This document shows, piece after piece, positions 9,103-17,319 of a DNA stretch of 32,000 bases. The number at the start of each line of letters is the position of its first letter. Positions within the stretch are counted from its first letter, which is position 1. The notes beneath the pieces are model-generated. The model saw nothing but the letters and a program-made list of their open reading frames with translations. It did no database searches and was not told the DNA's origin. A program made the translations under genes and the position numbers. The DNA lies in the NCBI GenBank assembly GCA_965231035.1, contig OZ246409.1, positions 541,101 through 573,100 of the forward strand, in the 5' to 3' direction. The DNA comes from an uncultured Muribaculaceae bacterium. GTDB taxonomy: Bacteria; Pseudomonadota; Alphaproteobacteria; Rs-D84.

Positions 9103-11712
9103 TTGAATCAAAATAATAAACTTACGCCCGTTATGCAGCAATATGTAAATATGAAGTCTGAAAATCCGGACGCGGTTTTGATGTTTCGTTTGGGTGATTT
9201 TTACGAAGCTTTTTTTGATGATGCAAAAACAGTTAGTCGTGCTTTGGGACTGGTTTTGACCCAACGTGGTACAGATGGTATGGGTTCTGATATTCCGATG
9301 TGTGGAATACCTTGGCATGCTGCGGATAATTATTTTGGCCGTCTTGTTCGTGAAGGTTTTAAGGTTGCGCTGGTTGAACAAATGGAAACACCTGCCCAGG
9401 CCAAGGAAAACGGGCATAAGTTTATAGAAAGAAAAGTTGTTCGGGTTTTAACGCCGGGTACACTGACTGATGAAAATTTATTGTCCCCAAAAAAATCAAA
9501 TTTCCTGGTCGCTGTTGCACCAAAAAGTCCTTTTGGTTTTGATATAGCTGGTTGTGATATTTCAACTGGTGAATTCTTTATTGGTATTTCGGAAAACATA
9601 ACCGATGATATGGTTCGGATTAATCCGGCAGAAATTATTTATCCAGAAAAATATTCAGAAACCAAGGATATTTTACGCCTGCGGGATGTTTTCAAAACAA
9701 CACCTGTTTATGAGAAACTTTACAATCGTTCAGACATAGATCAGATTGTTTTCAAAGTATTTGGTCAAAATGTTGATTTCAAAACAGAGTATGTAAAAGA
9801 TGAAAAAACATCTGTTTTTGATGATAAAGCCATAGCGTTATTGGCGGGGTATTTATTTAATACTCAACGTGGTGCAAATATTGCTTTTCGTGCACCGTAT
9901 TCTTTCAAGGCAGGAAAACAATTATTAATCGATTCGGCCACTTGGAAAAGCTTGGAAATCGATTCGGCTATAAACGAAGGTGGTGTATGTCTGATTGATA
10001 TCTTGGATAAAACCAGAACAGCCGCTGGGGCACGTCGTATGCGTTCCTATTTACGAACTTTATCGGGCGATGTTGGTGAAATTCGTCGCCGCCAGGAACA
10101 TATTGGTCATCTGATTTTGAATTCTGATGTTATGGGTAATCTGTCACAAATATTGATAAGAACACCCGATGTTGGGCGCAGTTTGGCAAGGTTATTGTCT
10201 GGGCGTGGCACACCGCGTGATTTAAGGCATGTTTCAGATTTTATGGCAATACTGCCAGATGCCAAGGTTGCTGGTGTCAAATTGGATTCCGGTATGGCAG
10301 AGAAGTTTTCAAATATTAATACCCACGACATGCTGGCTGGAAAATTAAAATTTGCATTATCTGATGAATTACCAACTTTCTTTCGCGAAGGCGGGGTTAT
10401 TCGCACCGGCTTTGACCCCGGGTTGGATAATATGAAACAGTTGGCAAACGGTGCCAAAGAAACAATTGCAAAATTACAATCTGAATATATCGCCCAAACC
10501 GGTGTTAATACACTGAAAATCAAATATAATAATATTTTGGGATATTTTATAGAAGTCCCAAGCGCACGTGCAGATTTTCTGATGAAACCTGAAAATGGTT
10601 TTATACACCGTCAGACTATGTCGGGAAATATGAGATTTACCACATCAAAGTTGATTGACCTGGACAATGATGTTCGCAGTGCTGCTGAAAAGGCGGCCGG
10701 AATCGAGGCTGAAATAATTTCAAACTTTATAGAAGAAATAAGGATTGTTTCAGATGATTTGTTAAACACGGCCGAAGTCATAGCAGATTCAGATGTTTGG
10801 TATGCGTGTGCAACAGTTGCATCTGAATATTCATGGGTTCGTCCAACTGTTTCAGAAACAACTCAATTTGATATCAAAGGTGGTCGTCATCCTGTTATTG
10901 AATGTGTTTTGCGTGATCGTGGGGATCAGTTTGTTAAAAACGATTGTAATTTGAATAATAAAAGCATCGCATTGTTGACCGGACCAAATATGGCTGGTAA
11001 ATCAACATATCTGCGTCAGAATGCTTTGATAGTTATCTTGGCACATTTGGGGTCTTTTGTTCCGGCGGAAAGTGCAACCATTGGAATTTGCGATCAGTTG
11101 TTTTCTCGCGTTGGTGCATCTGACAATTTGGCCGCAGGACAGTCTACATTTATGGTCGAAATGGTCGAAACTGCAAATATATTAAACCGTGCAACAAATA
11201 AGTCGTTTATAATTTTTGATGAAATAGGCCGCGGAACAGCAACATACGATGGTATGGCAATTGCCCAGGCTGTGTTGGAATTTTTAGATACATTAAAACC
11301 CAGAACGCTTTTTGCAACCCATTATCATGAATTGACCCATTTGGTTAATGATAAATCAGAAGGTTTAAAGTTTGTTCAATGTTTGACCATAGATGTACGC
11401 GAACATAACAATGAAATAATCTTTATGCATAAAATTATTCCAGGTGTTGCGAATCGCTCGTACGGAATTCATGTCGCCAAAATGGCAGGAATTCCAAAAT
11501 CGGTTGTATTGCGTGCAGAACAAGTTTTGGAAGGTTTAGAAAATAAATCATTTCAGATTCCAGAAAAAATTGAAACCGAAGACAATGTGGTTGTGGAAAC
11601 TGTTGCACCTGAAAAAATTCAAAATATTATTGATGAACCTGGTATAAAACTGGTCGAAGAAAAAGTTTCTGCGCCAGTGAAGAAAAAACAACTTTCGCTT
11701 TTTGGGGAATAA
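9103..11712 (+). CDS. mutS: DNA mismatch repair protein MutS
   Basis: TPVMQQYVNMKSENPDAVLMFRLGDFYEAFFDDA (mismatch-binding domain), LLTGPNMAGKSTYLRQ (Walker A), STFMVEM and DEIGRGT are present. The C-terminus carries a QLSLF beta-clamp-binding motif. The start is TTG at 9103 with AAAGG upstream; the alternative ATG at 9133 would remove the conserved TP. Confidence 0.95.
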   Translation: MNQNNKLTPVMQQYVNMKSENPDAVLMFRLGDFYEAFFDDAKTVSRALGLVLTQRGTDGMGSDIPMCGIPWHAADNYFGRLVREGFKVALVEQMETPAQAKENGHKFIERKVVRVLTPGTLTDENLLSPKKSNFLVAVAPKSPFGFDIAGCDISTGEFFIGISENITDDMVRINPAEIIYPEKYSETKDILRLRDVFKTTPVYEKLYNRSDIDQIVFKVFGQNVDFKTEYVKDEKTSVFDDKAIALLAGYLFNTQRGANIAFRAPYSFKAGKQLLIDSATWKSLEIDSAINEGGVCLIDILDKTRTAAGARRMRSYLRTLSGDVGEIRRRQEHIGHLILNSDVMGNLSQILIRTPDVGRSLARLLSGRGTPRDLRHVSDFMAILPDAKVAGVKLDSGMAEKFSNINTHDMLAGKLKFALSDELPTFFREGGVIRTGFDPGLDNMKQLANGAKETIAKLQSEYIAQTGVNTLKIKYNNILGYFIEVPSARADFLMKPENGFIHRQTMSGNMRFTTSKLIDLDNDVRSAAEKAAGIEAEIISNFIEEIRIVSDDLLNTAEVIADSDVWYACATVASEYSWVRPTVSETTQFDIKGGRHPVIECVLRDRGDQFVKNDCNLNNKSIALLTGPNMAGKSTYLRQNALIVILAHLGSFVPAESATIGICDQLFSRVGASDNLAAGQSTFMVEMVETANILNRATNKSFIIFDEIGRGTATYDGMAIAQAVLEFLDTLKPRTLFATHYHELTHLVNDKSEGLKFVQCLTIDVREHNNEIIFMHKIIPGVANRSYGIHVAKMAGIPKSVVLRAEQVLEGLENKSFQIPEKIETEDNVVVETVAPEKIQNIIDEPGIKLVEEKVSAPVKKKQLSLFGE

Positions 11713-11715
11713 AAA

Positions 11716-12282
11716 ATGTCAGAACACATAAACCTTTTGGATGAAAAAGTCTTTAATAAATATATTCAAGATATTGTTTATAGAAACGGTCCAATACAAG
11801 TTTTTGGATCAAAAGAGATTAATAGTCCTGAATGGGTAAAAGAAAATAAGAATATTGTTACAAATGCTCTTATATTTAAATATCTGAAATTGCAATTGCG
11901 TGGTTATTTGGCAAATTATGATGCGAAAGATTTTTTGCCAGACATTGAAATATCAGGACGTATGCCTGATTGGGCAAAAGAAATATCAGAACGTGGTGAT
12001 AAAGTTGTTAATTTTGATGCATCCAATGTTCCAGGAGATTTGCGTGAAAAGATTATAAAGATAAGCATTTTTTTACAGTCTTATGCAGAAAAATACATAG
12101 ATCAACAGTTGGTAGGATCTGGGAAAATAGAAATGGGTGGTCTTTCTACAATAGAAGAAATAAAAACATTTAAACATGCATTATCAATGTATCGTGCTGC
12201 ATACTTTGGTAAAGGTAAAAAGCAAGTTTCTGATAAAATAGTTATCGGTCAAATTATAAAAAATCAAAACCAAAATGATTGA
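11716..12282 (+). CDS. Hypothetical protein (188 aa), no recognised family
   Basis: The ORF starts 3 nt after the mutS stop and overlaps the truB start by 8 nt. GGGGA lies upstream. It is visibly AT-richer than its neighbours, has no TM segments and shows no motif I recognise. Confidence 0.6.
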   Translation: MSEHINLLDEKVFNKYIQDIVYRNGPIQVFGSKEINSPEWVKENKNIVTNALIFKYLKLQLRGYLANYDAKDFLPDIEISGRMPDWAKEISERGDKVVNFDASNVPGDLREKIIKISIFLQSYAEKYIDQQLVGSGKIEMGGLSTIEEIKTFKHALSMYRAAYFGKGKKQVSDKIVIGQIIKNQNQND

Positions 12283-13144
12283 TGGATGGATAATCTTGGA
12301 CAAGCCATCTGGAATCAGCAGTCGTGCTGCGGGTGGTCGTATTGCCAGAATGTTTGGTGCAAAGACTTTTGGCCATATTGGAACATTGGATCCAATGGCA
12401 TCAGGTTTATTGCCAATCGCGTTGGGTCAGGCGACAAAAATGATTCCTTTTATGGAGGGTAAAAGTTCAAAAGAATACCTGTTCAGTGTGAAATGGGGGT
12501 TCGAGACAGATACTTTGGATACCAAGGGTCACGAAATTAAAACCGGTGGAAAAACACCAACTGAAAAAGAAATAAAAGCCGCATGTAAAAAATTGATTGG
12601 CGAATATGATCAGGTGCCACCAAACTATTCTGCGATTCATATTAATGGTCAGCGTGCATATAAATTGGCTTGCAGCGGTGTTAATGTAGATATGCCACCA
12701 CGCAGGGTTTTTATACATGAACTGGAACTGATTGATTCAAAATCTTGGACTTTTCGTGTTTCTTGTGGAACTGGTACATATGTTCGAAGCCTGGTGCGTG
12801 ATATTGCGAAACTTTGTGGGACCCTGGCGACCGTTGATATGATACGGCGAACAAAAACAACGGGTTTTGAAATAAAAGATGCGCATACGCTTGATTTTCT
12901 GGAAAAATTGGTTAATAATGACCAGGCTTTGAATGAATGTTTAAAGCCAATGGATTTCGGACTGGGGGACATTCCGGTTTTGAATCTGAACGATAAAGAC
13001 GCTGATTATTATAAAAAAGGTGGCTTTGTCAAAATGGCTTTGGCGATAGAGTCTGGGCTTTTCCGTGTGTATTCTGGTGATGAATTTATCGGAATAGGAA
13101 AGTTTGAGGATGGTTTGCTGCGGCCGAAACGAAATATAACATAA
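12275..13144 (+). CDS. truB: tRNA pseudouridine(55) synthase TruB
   Basis: [13 protein letters not shown]...[24 protein letters not shown] contains the catalytic Asp motif, and a GTYVRSL motif is present. 289 aa. Confidence 0.92.
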   Translation: MIDGWIILDKPSGISSRAAGGRIARMFGAKTFGHIGTLDPMASGLLPIALGQATKMIPFMEGKSSKEYLFSVKWGFETDTLDTKGHEIKTGGKTPTEKEIKAACKKLIGEYDQVPPNYSAIHINGQRAYKLACSGVNVDMPPRRVFIHELELIDSKSWTFRVSCGTGTYVRSLVRDIAKLCGTLATVDMIRRTKTTGFEIKDAHTLDFLEKLVNNDQALNECLKPMDFGLGDIPVLNLNDKDADYYKKGGFVKMALAIESGLFRVYSGDEFIGIGKFEDGLLRPKRNIT

Positions 13145-13155
13145 AAGGAAAAACA

Positions 13156-13428
13156 ATGTCCGTTACAAAAACAAAAAAAACAGAACTGATTAAAAAGTTC
13201 AAAACATCTGAAAAAGATAATGGCGGATCTTCTGCATCCCAGGTTGCTGTTTTAACAGAACGCATCAATAACCTGACCGAACACATGAAGGTTAATAAAA
13301 AAGACCAACACTCTAAACGTGGTTTGTTGTTGATGGTTAACCGTCGTAAGAAGTTGCTGGCTTATATTAAAAAGAACAGCGTCGCCGAATACGAAGATTT
13401 GATTAAAAAATTAGGTTTGAGAAAATAA
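13156..13428 (+). CDS. rpsO: 30S ribosomal protein S15
   Basis: 90 aa. [50 protein letters not shown] is classical S15. AAGGA is the RBS. Confidence 0.95.
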   Translation: MSVTKTKKTELIKKFKTSEKDNGGSSASQVAVLTERINNLTEHMKVNKKDQHSKRGLLLMVNRRKKLLAYIKKNSVAEYEDLIKKLGLRK

Positions 13429-13430
13429 AA

Positions 13431-13452
13431 AAACCCGCAACGGCGGGTTTTT
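13431..13452 (+). terminator. Rho-independent terminator after rpsO
   Basis: AAACCCGC-AACG-GCGGGTTTTT. Confidence 0.75.
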
Positions 13453-13491
13453 ATTTGCAATTTGGGAAATATTGAATATAATTGAAAGGCT

Positions 13492-13553
13492 AGAGAAAAG
13501 ATTGTTCATTTTTGCGTTTTGATTAAGAATGCAATGACGAATAATTTTTCTCT
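13492..13553 (+). promoter_or_regulatory. Long imperfect hairpin in the pnp 5' leader
   Basis: AGAGAAAAGATTGTTCATT (13492-13510) pairs imperfectly with AATGACGAATAATTTTTCTCT (13533-13553). The base is 8 perfect bp, AGAGAAAA/TTTTCTCT. It lies between the rpsO terminator and the pnp RBS. Confidence 0.4.
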
Positions 13554-13605
13554 GCAAAATGCTGGCAATGGTGCTGGCTTGTAATAACAAAAATGGAGAA
13601 AAATT

Positions 13606-15771
13606 ATGTTATTTGGTTTATTTAAAAAAGATGAAAATGCGGGTTTGAATAACCCCATTACAGTTGAAATCCCTTATGGTGATGAAACACTTCGCCTAGA
13701 AACAGGTCGCTTTGCCAAACAGGCAAATGGTGCCGTTATGGCAACAATTGGTGGAACAATGGTTTTGGCAACAGTATGTGCTGAAAAGACTGCTGTTGAT
13801 GGTCAGGACTTTTTCCCACTGACAGTTGATTACCAAGAAAAATTTGCATCAGCTGGTCGTATTCCAGGTTCACGTGATCGTCGTGAAGGTAGGGCAACAA
13901 TTTCTGAAACATTGATTTCACGTTTGATTGATCGTCCGATTCGCCCATTGTTCCCAGAAACCTTCAAAAACAAGGTTCAAATTATTGCCCAGGTTTTTTC
14001 TTATGACAAAAAAAATCAGCCCGATATCTTGGCTGTTATTGCATCCAGTGCTGCGCTGGCTTTATCTGGGGTTCCTTTCCAGGGACCAATTGGGGCGGCA
14101 CGTGTTGGATATATGGACGGCGCATACGTTTTGAATCCATCTAAAAAACAAACCGAAGATTCAGAAATGGATTTGGTTGTCGCTGCAACCAAAGATGGTG
14201 TTTTAATGGTTGAATCTGAAATTGGTGAATTAGATGAAAAAATAACCTTGGGCGCTGTTAAATTCGGTTTTGACGCACAGCAAGCAGTTATCAAAGCAAT
14301 CAATGAGTTGGCTGAAAAAGTTGGTAACGCTGCATGGGCAGTTCCAGAACATTCCGAAGAGTATTTGGCAATGCAAAAAGATTTTGAACAGTTTTCTGGC
14401 GAGATTGAATCTGCACTGGGAATCAAAGAAAAATTGCAACGTTTGGATACTTTGTCAGAAATTGGGAAAAAAGCCAAATCACGTATTTCTGAAATATTAC
14501 CAGAATCCACAACTGCTAAGTCCACTCTGGAATCATGGGCCGCAGAGATTGTTGATGGATTGACAGCACGTATTATGCGTGGAAATATCTTGGCTGGTAA
14601 ACAACGTATTGATGGTCGTGATAATAAAACAGTTCGTCCAATTGAAATTGAATTGGGTGTATTGCCACGCGCACACGGTTCTGCATTATTTACACGCGGT
14701 GAAACCCAGGCATTGGTAACATTGACATTGGGTGGTGGTAAAGACGCATTACCAATTGAATCAATGGAAGGTTCCGAAGAAATGGGTTTCTTCTTGAACT
14801 ATAACTTCCCTGGATTTTCTGTTGGTGAAGCAAAAATGTTAAAATCCCCAGGTCGTCGTGAAATTGGCCATGGAAACTTGGCTTGGCGTGCTGTTCATCC
14901 AATGGTCCCAAGTCGTGAACAATTCGACTATGTAATCCGTATTGTTTCTGACATTTTGGAATCAAATGGTTCTTCTTCTATGGCAACAACATGCGGTGCA
15001 ACATTGGCAATGATGGATGGTGGTGTTCCGATGAAACGCCCAGTTGCAGGTATTGCGATGGGGCTGATTAAAGAAGGTAATGATTATGCTGTTTTGACCG
15101 ATATCTTGGGTGACGAAGATCACCTTGGTGATATGGACTTTAAGGTAACTGGTACTGATCGTGGTATTACTGCATTGCAGATGGATATCAAAATCACATC
15201 TATTACCTTTGAAATTATGGAAAAAGCATTGGCACAGGCAAAAGAAGGTCGTATGCATATCTTGGGTAAGATTGAAAAAGCAATAAAAGCACCAAGAAAG
15301 AATGTTTCTGAATATGCCCCTCAGGCGTATGCAATGAAAATCAATCCAGACAAGGTTCGTGAAGTAATCGGTAAAGGCGGCAGCGTTATCCAAGCCTTGA
15401 CACGCGAAACAGGAACCCAAATTGATTTGTCTGATGATGGTTCAATCAAAATTATGGCCACATCCAAAGAGCAGGCAGATGAAACAATTGCACGTATCAA
15501 GACGATTGTTGCTGAACCAGAAGTTGGTCAGATTTATGAAGGTGTTGTCAGTGGAATCAAAGATTTTGGTCTGTTCGTAAAAGTTATGAATGGATTCGAA
15601 GCATTGGTTCATATTTCTGAAATCACCGGTAAACGTATGGAAAAGATTGAAGAGGCCAAAATCAAAGAAGGCGACAAAGTATTTGTTAAATACATGGGTA
15701 CCGACAAACGTGGCAAGACCAAAATGAGCATGGTTGGTATCGATCAGAAAACTGGTAAAGAAGTAAAATAA
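13606..15771 (+). CDS. pnp: Polyribonucleotide nucleotidyltransferase (PNPase)
   Basis: 721 aa with ETGRFAKQANGAVMAT, two RNase PH domains, a KH region (VIGKGGSVIQALTRETG) and a C-terminal S1 domain (GQIYEGVVSGIKDFGLFV). GGAG is the RBS. Confidence 0.95.
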   Translation: MLFGLFKKDENAGLNNPITVEIPYGDETLRLETGRFAKQANGAVMATIGGTMVLATVCAEKTAVDGQDFFPLTVDYQEKFASAGRIPGSRDRREGRATISETLISRLIDRPIRPLFPETFKNKVQIIAQVFSYDKKNQPDILAVIASSAALALSGVPFQGPIGAARVGYMDGAYVLNPSKKQTEDSEMDLVVAATKDGVLMVESEIGELDEKITLGAVKFGFDAQQAVIKAINELAEKVGNAAWAVPEHSEEYLAMQKDFEQFSGEIESALGIKEKLQRLDTLSEIGKKAKSRISEILPESTTAKSTLESWAAEIVDGLTARIMRGNILAGKQRIDGRDNKTVRPIEIELGVLPRAHGSALFTRGETQALVTLTLGGGKDALPIESMEGSEEMGFFLNYNFPGFSVGEAKMLKSPGRREIGHGNLAWRAVHPMVPSREQFDYVIRIVSDILESNGSSSMATTCGATLAMMDGGVPMKRPVAGIAMGLIKEGNDYAVLTDILGDEDHLGDMDFKVTGTDRGITALQMDIKITSITFEIMEKALAQAKEGRMHILGKIEKAIKAPRKNVSEYAPQAYAMKINPDKVREVIGKGGSVIQALTRETGTQIDLSDDGSIKIMATSKEQADETIARIKTIVAEPEVGQIYEGVVSGIKDFGLFVKVMNGFEALVHISEITGKRMEKIEEAKIKEGDKVFVKYMGTDKRGKTKMSMVGIDQKTGKEVK

Positions 15772-15790
15772 TAATTATAGGGGATATAAA

Positions 15791-16090
15791 ATGGATATGG
15801 GATCATTGATGGAGCAGGCAAAACAACTGCAAAGCAAAGTTGCAGCCGCCCAGGATAAATTGGCAAAAACAAGTATCAAGGGTATTGCTGGTAACGGTCA
15901 ATGCATTGTCGAGATGTCTGGCAAATATGATCTTTTGAATCTGACCATATCCCCAGAATTATTAAAGAATGATGTTACACACCTAACCCAGGTTATTATG
16001 GATGCGTTTGCTGATGCCAAGTCCAAGGCAGACGCGACCATAGATAAGGTTATGGGTGATGCAACTGCTGGTATGCCACTGCCAGAGTAA
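15791..16090 (+). CDS. ybaB: YbaB/EbfC-family nucleoid-associated protein
   Basis: 99 aa. MEQAKQLQSKVAAAQDKLAKTSIKGIAGNGQCIVEMSGKYDLLNLTISPELL...VIMDAFADAKSKA matches the YbaB pattern. Confidence 0.85.
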   Translation: MDMGSLMEQAKQLQSKVAAAQDKLAKTSIKGIAGNGQCIVEMSGKYDLLNLTISPELLKNDVTHLTQVIMDAFADAKSKADATIDKVMGDATAGMPLPE

Positions 16091-16108
16091 AATATTAAAT
16101 ATAATAAA

Positions 16109-16180
16109 GCATCTGCTTGTTTTTGATACCGGTCATGTAGGTTTACTACACTCCCTTTATCAAAAACTACGCATCTACAT
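16109..16180 (+). repeat. Hairpin-forming intergenic repeat, copy 2 (3' of ybaB)
   Basis: Same family as 8676-8747. The 10-bp stem is GTTTTTGATA (16119-16128) / TATCAAAAAC (16158-16167). The loop CCGGTCATGTAGGTTTACTACACTCCC is conserved, and the inner hairpin is TGTAG/CTACA. Confidence 0.6.
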
Positions 16181-16216
16181 CATTCTATTTAATATTTAAA
16201 AAAGTGCAAAAATAAC

Positions 16217-16245
16217 TTGTGTTTTGGAAAAGCATAGGTTATTAT
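16217..16245 (+). promoter_or_regulatory. Candidate promoter for tRNA-Val (TTGTGT-N17-TATTAT)
   Basis: The -35-like site is at 16217-16222 and the -10-like site at 16240-16245. The -10 ends 12 nt before the tRNA 5' end. Confidence 0.3.
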
Positions 16246-16257
16246 TTCCCAGCAATC

Positions 16258-16333
16258 GGATGTTTAGCTCAGTTGGTAGAGCATCTCGTTTACACCGAGA
16301 GGGTCAGGAGTTCGAGTCTCTTAACATCCACCA
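16258..16333 (+). tRNA. tRNA-Val (UAC)
   Basis: 76 nt. The acceptor stem is GGATGTT/AACATCC. The D-arm AGCTCAGTTGGTAGAGC is present. The anticodon stem is TCTCG/CGAGA with loop TTTACAC (TAC). GGAGTTCGAGTCTC forms the T-arm, and CCA is encoded. Confidence 0.93.
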
Positions 16334-16338
16334 GAATA

Positions 16339-16362
16339 ATGCCCCGTTTGGGGCATTTTATT
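16339..16362 (+). terminator. Rho-independent terminator after tRNA-Val
   Basis: ATGCCCC-GTTT-GGGGCAT followed by TTTTATT. Confidence 0.7.
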
Positions 16363-16405
16363 ATGATTGTGGTATAATTTGTTGAGTAATAAAGGTTTTA
16401 AAAAT

Positions 16406-16525
16406 ATGGGTAAAAAAACATCTAAGAAATCAGCAGGCAAACTACAAACAGCGACAAAAACATTTGAAAATACCAGACTTAGAGTTGCCGCTTCTCAAAA
16501 TAAAAGAAAAATCGTTATAAGATAA
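16406..16525 (+). CDS. Possible small, highly basic protein (39 aa)
   Basis: It translates to MGKKTSKKSAGKLQTATKTFENTRLRVAASQNKRKIVIR*. It is below the ORF-track size cutoff and has only a weak AAAGG about 10 nt upstream. It converges on the paralog-B stop 14 nt away. Coding status is unproven. Confidence 0.3.
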   Translation: MGKKTSKKSAGKLQTATKTFENTRLRVAASQNKRKIVIR

Positions 16526-16539
16526 ACAATGTTTTCTTT

Positions 16540-17319
16540 TTAACTTCTGGTTCTGGATTTTTCTATCCATTCCAGTGCCTTTTTTATAGTGTTTTCTACA
16601 TTAATAAAATGTGATTCTTTGGTTTTTGGGTTATTAAAAGCTCTATTCATCCCTATCCAAATGGTGTGATCGGGAATTATTAAAGAAAGCTCATCCAAAC
16701 TTGTTTTAATATTTTCAGGATTAAAACTATTCAAATAACCTTGGGGATAATCTGCCAAAGGGGCTTTCCAATCAGTCTTATTTAAAAAACCGTTATAACA
16801 GGAAGACATTACAGAAAATTTTGCACCAATTTGATTTAATTCTGCTATTATTTCTCTTCTAATATTCTCAGAATCATATGTAAAAATAAATTCTTGTCCA
16901 GGTTTGTTTCTGATGTTTCTTGCAATTTTTTCAGGGTAAATATTTCTGGCCTTTTCATTATTTTTATCATTTTTTATAGAGAAACAGTAATTTATCTGGC
17001 ATCTTTTGATAACAAAATTACCAGTTTTTTTATTTTTAAGGCTGAACCATCTTGATAAATCAGAGTTTATAGAGCCTATGCAGAATGCAGAGCAAGAATC
17101 CTTTTCAAGATATAGAGAAATGTTAGGAGAATTTTCGATATTTGCAGATATATTTAATAATCCTTCAATCCAATCAAACCATTTTTGATTTGATCTTAAA
17201 AAAAACGAGCTTACAGGAATTGCTATTTCTACTTTATTTGAAAGGTTTGCAAGCTTAAATATATATTCATAATTTAAATTTATTGATCCAACATCAACCG
17301 TTATATAACGCAAATTCAT
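16540..17319 (-). CDS. Hypothetical protein, paralog B of a tandem pair; possibly a degenerate TrpF/PRAI-like TIM barrel
   Basis: 259 aa. It shares MNLRYIT, KVEIA, VIKR-Q, PEK-A, EF-F-Y, KFS, DWK-P and PQGY with the upstream gene. NSFNPENI resembles the TrpF GGLNPENV motif. It has an ATGA overlap with paralog A and is AT-rich. Confidence 0.7.
   Translation of the reverse strand: MNLRYITVDVGSINLNYEYIFKLANLSNKVEIAIPVSSFFLRSNQKWFDWIEGLLNISANIENSPNISLYLEKDSCSAFCIGSINSDLSRWFSLKNKKTGNFVIKRCQINYCFSIKNDKNNEKARNIYPEKIARNIRNKPGQEFIFTYDSENIRREIIAELNQIGAKFSVMSSCYNGFLNKTDWKAPLADYPQGYLNSFNPENIKTSLDELSLIIPDHTIWIGMNRAFNNPKTKESHFINVENTIKKALEWIEKSRTRS

Noticed and set aside
14016-15420. Long antisense ORFs inside pnp (14016-14525, 14690-14965, 14962-15420), plus similar ones inside mutS (10107-10523), rlmN (18346-18834) and rpoH (29906-30295)
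   Set aside because: All lie fully inside confidently identified genes on the opposite strand. Their products are low-complexity or unrecognisable, and they lack RBS-like sequences. They are typical shadow frames.
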